This document shows positions 9,974-12,805 of a DNA stretch of 12,805 nucleotides, one piece after another. Position 1 is the first letter of the stretch; each line of letters opens with the position of its first letter. The notes below the pieces were generated by a model that was given only the letters and a program-made list of their open reading frames with translations, did not search any database and had not been told where the DNA came from. The position numbers and the translations under genes are program-made. Source of the stretch: Amoeboradix gromovi X-113 (Eukaryota > Fungi > Sanchytriomycota); assembly GCA_018985225.1 (NCBI GenBank), contig JADGIF010000251.1:1-12805 (forward strand), in the 5' to 3' direction.

Positions 9974-10053
9974 GATCAGGTTTCACCCTAGATCTCTGAG
10001 ATTTCTCATTACTAAGAATTATTTCATAAATTAAAAAAGATGTATTTGAGGCC
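9974..10053. promoter_or_regulatory. 80-bp spacer between divergent ATGs; putative bidirectional promoter
   Basis: Start codons at 9973 (-) and 10054 (+) face away from each other. AT-rich, with a small inverted repeat TGAGA-TT-TCTCA. Function inferred from position only. Confidence 0.45.
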
Positions 10054-10650
10054 ATGTCAGAATCAAAATTGGAGGCTGTTGCTCATTTGAGCATGGATTT
10101 ACTATATGGAATTGAAACCCAGGGATGGGAATTTTATGTAGCTGATTTTGAAAGAGAAGTATATTCCTGTTTGAATGTAAATCATCCAGTTTCCGATGTA
10201 GCAGAGATTTCGAACGGCCCTGAAGAAGTTGAACCAAAGCACAAAGGAATAAGTTTTGAAAAAATTCAATTGATTCCCATCAACTCTGAAATGGTGCAAA
10301 TTCTTGCTAGGATTACAAAATTGCAAGAAATATGCGTAAAAGTTGAGATGATAAGAATGCGTCCCTTGTTAAACTTGAGATATAGAATAAGTGTTCTAAA
10401 CACAGAATACGAAACGGCAAGCAAATATATTGCAGATGACGCTTTTTTAAATCGCAATTCAAACAAGTCTTCCAAGTGTTGCGCTATTCCTGCACCTTTG
10501 CCAAATATTTCCCAGCTGTCCAAGATGTTATCTGCCATCAATGTAGCAGACTTTCAGACTGATTTGTCTTCAGCTCATGGTAACAAAAAAAAATCTCAGT
10601 ATTTCTTATCTGATGAAATTAGCAACAAATTATCAGGAATGTACTACTAA
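10054..10650 (+). CDS. Hypothetical protein, 198 aa
   Basis: ATG in GCCATGT context, 198 open codons with protein-like composition, TAA followed 3 nt later by AATAAA, and it fills the gap between two real genes. No family recognised. Confidence 0.75.
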   Translation: MSESKLEAVAHLSMDLLYGIETQGWEFYVADFEREVYSCLNVNHPVSDVAEISNGPEEVEPKHKGISFEKIQLIPINSEMVQILARITKLQEICVKVEMIRMRPLLNLRYRISVLNTEYETASKYIADDAFLNRNSNKSSKCCAIPAPLPNISQLSKMLSAINVADFQTDLSSAHGNKKKSQYFLSDEISNKLSGMYY

Positions 10651-10653
10651 CGT

Positions 10654-10659
10654 AATAAA
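10654..10659 (+). terminator. Putative polyadenylation signal AATAAA of the 198-aa gene
   Basis: TAA-CGT-AATAAA. Confidence 0.45.
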
Positions 10660-10702
10660 TTAATTTCCATTTAAATTATTTTTCGGACGTCTCCTACTTA
10701 CG

Positions 10703-11366
10703 ATGTCTCAGCAACAATTACCGTAGTTTCTTCTAACGTAGGCATTTTAAATTAGTTTTGGTAGGCGATGGAGGTACTGGAAAAACAACATTCGTTAAGA
10801 GACATGTTACTGGTGAGTTTGAGAAGAAGTATATTGCCACTGTAGGTGTAGAGGTTAGAGGGTTATCATTTCACACTAATTTTGGAGAATTGGTGTTTGA
10901 TTGCTGGGATACAGCTGGTCAAGAGAAGTTTGGTGGACTAAGAGATGGTTATTACATTGGCGGTCAATGCGGAATTATCATGTTTGATGTTACTTCTAGA
11001 ATTACTTACAAAAATGTGCCAACATGGCATCGTGATCTTGTGCGCGTGTGTGAGAACATTCCTATCGTTTTATGCGGGAACAAAGTGGATTTAAAGGATA
11101 GAAAAGTCAAAGCAAAGAGTATTACATTTCATAGAAAGAAGAATTTGCAATACTATGACATTAGTGCAAAATCCAATTATAACTTTGAAAAACCATTTTT
11201 ATACTTGGCAAGAAAGTTAGTAGGAAACAATCAATTGGAATTTGCAGCCGCACCTGCATTGCAACCACCTGAGGCTCAAGTGGACCCTGCTTTAATGAAC
11301 CAATACAACCAAGAGCTCGAACAAGCAGCTGCTCAACCATTGCCTGAGGATGACGATGATTTGTAA
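10703..11366 (+). CDS. RAN: GTP-binding nuclear protein Ran (Gsp1/Spi1), 214 aa; exons 10703-10722 and 10742-11366
   Basis: [49 protein letters not shown] and acidic tail PLPEDDDDL. The ORF-track start (TTG 10758) lies inside the [10 protein letters not shown] strand. Splicing a 19-nt intron yields [22 protein letters not shown]. Confidence 0.98.
10723..10741 (+). other. 19-nt spliceosomal intron (phase 2) in Ran
   Basis: ATG TCT CAG CAA CAA TTA CC|GTAGTTTCTTCTAACGTAG|G CAT TTT AAA TTA GTT TTG. GT-AG ends with a CTAAC branch motif. Removal puts the only nearby ATG in frame with the Ran core and gives a normal-length Ran. Confidence 0.92.
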
Positions 11367-11370
11367 TAAA
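11365..11370 (+). terminator. Putative polyadenylation signal AATAAA overlapping the Ran stop codon
   Basis: TTG TAATAAA: stop at 11364-11366 overlaps the hexamer. Confidence 0.5.
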
Positions 11371-11689
11371 TTGTTTGCAAGTTTAAACCAACTCTAGCTA
11401 TTGGGATGCACATTACTAGTAAGTTTGGTATGTTTCACTTTTATGGCCTATGCATTCCACAAAAATTCGTTGTTATTAATACCTGTTCTTCTTTTTAAGC
11501 TAAGGAATGAGTAAAAGTGACTAAATAGTTTTCTGAGTTACAGGAAATTACGATGTATAGAGTTGGGGGAATCCAAAAATTAAGCACAATCAGGAATCTC
11601 CTAGAGAATAACGTCGATCCTTACAACTTCACTCAAAGGCTCTGTGCGATCTCATTTGTCAGCCTACTCTTTGATATTGATAGGGACTA

Positions 11690-12805
11690 CAAGCCGTCTA
11701 CGCTGGATGCAACTATTTGTGTATGTTGTATCACTAGTTCTACAGCTGTGGTAGCCAGTTCCATAAAAAACAACCCATTATTGTCGCCTAAACTTTCTCT
11801 TAAAATTGTGTCCCATTTTAGGTGGCTAGAGAGTCTCTGGGTATCCGCAGTTCATTGGCTTCATGTGTGATATCAAATCTAACTAGTCTTGCTAACCTGA
11901 AGTGAATTTACGGGATAAAAGCATTTTGATTGAAGTTGTTATTGATCTCCGTATAAAGTTTTCTGTTATGCTCGGTCTTGTAGGTACCCGTAATTTAAAT
12001 TAAATAATCTCAATCACCACATTCCGATGCGTTGGTGGGAAACATATTTCTAGGAATTCTTTTAAAATCTGATTTATACCATTCCTTTCATCTTTTCTTG
12101 CTAGGAGGTTTCTAATTATGACCTTGGATATTGATATCCACGAAATGGCAACTCAAAGTATTGCAAATTATTCTCTTGATTGTCTTTGCTGCTAGCTGCA
12201 ATACATTTTCATACAGCTCACAATTGCAAATATGTTCTCAAATTATGGATGCTCATACATTTAGAATTATCGGGATCTTAAATAGGTTGACATATTTTTG
12301 TTTTCAAGAATATTCAATTTGCAAGACTAACTCATTAGCCTTATAAGGCAATAACAAGATGCCTTTCTGCAAATACCCATTGTACAGTCAATAACTTATT
12401 ACTTTGGTTGGTATTTCAATTAAGCAGTTGATTGGTTGCTTCCATTGCGGATTACAAGGCTGGAGGCTCTAATTTATTATCTCCACAATTGTTTTGGAGT
12501 TAGCTTGTAGAATGGCGTTTTTAAAATCGTTGAAATAGTTTGGCAAAATACCTGTATGAGCGTTATTGATTTCACTTGATTTGGTGGTTCATAGTTAGTA
12601 CAGCTTTCTTATAGCTTCTTTATTTTCATTCAATAGTAAACTAATTAAATTCAAAATATTTATTGAAAGTGCTAGATTCTTCCTAGTCTTCGTTTTAAGG
12701 TTTCAAGATGTATGGCTGCTTGGTCTCACTCGTAAAAAAGTCCTAATTTCCACAGAGAAGCTAGCAATGCTAGATGCTCCGTTACAGTGATTGCTCACGC
12801 TTTCA
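11690..12805 (-). pseudogene. Possible decayed coding region with multiple stops and frameshifts
   Basis: Protein-like stretches in alternating frames (LNLISLLLNENKEAIRKLY, ILPNYFNDFKNAILQANSKTIVEIIN, ELYENVLQLAAKTIKRII, NGINQILKEFLEICFPP, LKWDTILRESLGDNNGLFFMELA). No family recognised. Confidence 0.25.

Noticed and set aside
10645-10651. Perfect TACTAAC branch-point heptamer
   Set aside because: It is the Tyr codon plus stop of the 198-aa gene and is followed by GTAA, not an acceptor.
10758-10760. TTG start for Ran
   Set aside because: It falls inside the conserved [10 protein letters not shown] strand; the spliced ATG at 10703 explains the N-terminus.
11553-12346. ORFs 11553-11870 and 12131-12346 (+)
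   Set aside because: Short, no recognisable motif, one starts at TTG, and the opposite strand looks at least as protein-like.
1-12805. Prokaryotic systems, CRISPR arrays, tRNA/rRNA genes, intact transposons
   Set aside because: I saw no repeat-spacer arrays, structural RNA signatures, terminal repeats or transposase motifs; gene content is eukaryotic.

Overview
AT-rich eukaryotic DNA in the standard genetic code, most likely from a compact-genomed, early-diverging fungus or fungal relative (inferred from the fungal-type myosin/cytochrome-b5/DEK-C chitin synthase). Five credible genes: a 227-aa orphan with a possible signal peptide (1579-2262,+); a ~1617-aa myosin-motor chitin synthase (7519-2645,-); a 625-aa protein with a Ulp1/C48-type protease domain and possible signal peptide (9973-8096,-); a 198-aa orphan (10054-10650,+); and Ran GTPase (10703-11366,+). 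The main finding is two ultra-short GT-AG introns, 19 nt in Ran and 21 nt in the chitin synthase. Both have the form GTA-(T-rich)-YTAAY-GTAG with the branch motif abutting the acceptor, both restore family-consensus protein sequence when removed, and both give an in-frame TAG if retained. Secondary findings: the protease looks like a tandem array of one intact and one or two dead CE-clan domains, the myosin head has lost its nucleotide-binding motifs, and signal peptides, 3' ends and intergenic spacers look miniaturised. The remaining spacers hold broken protein-like frames that I could not assign.
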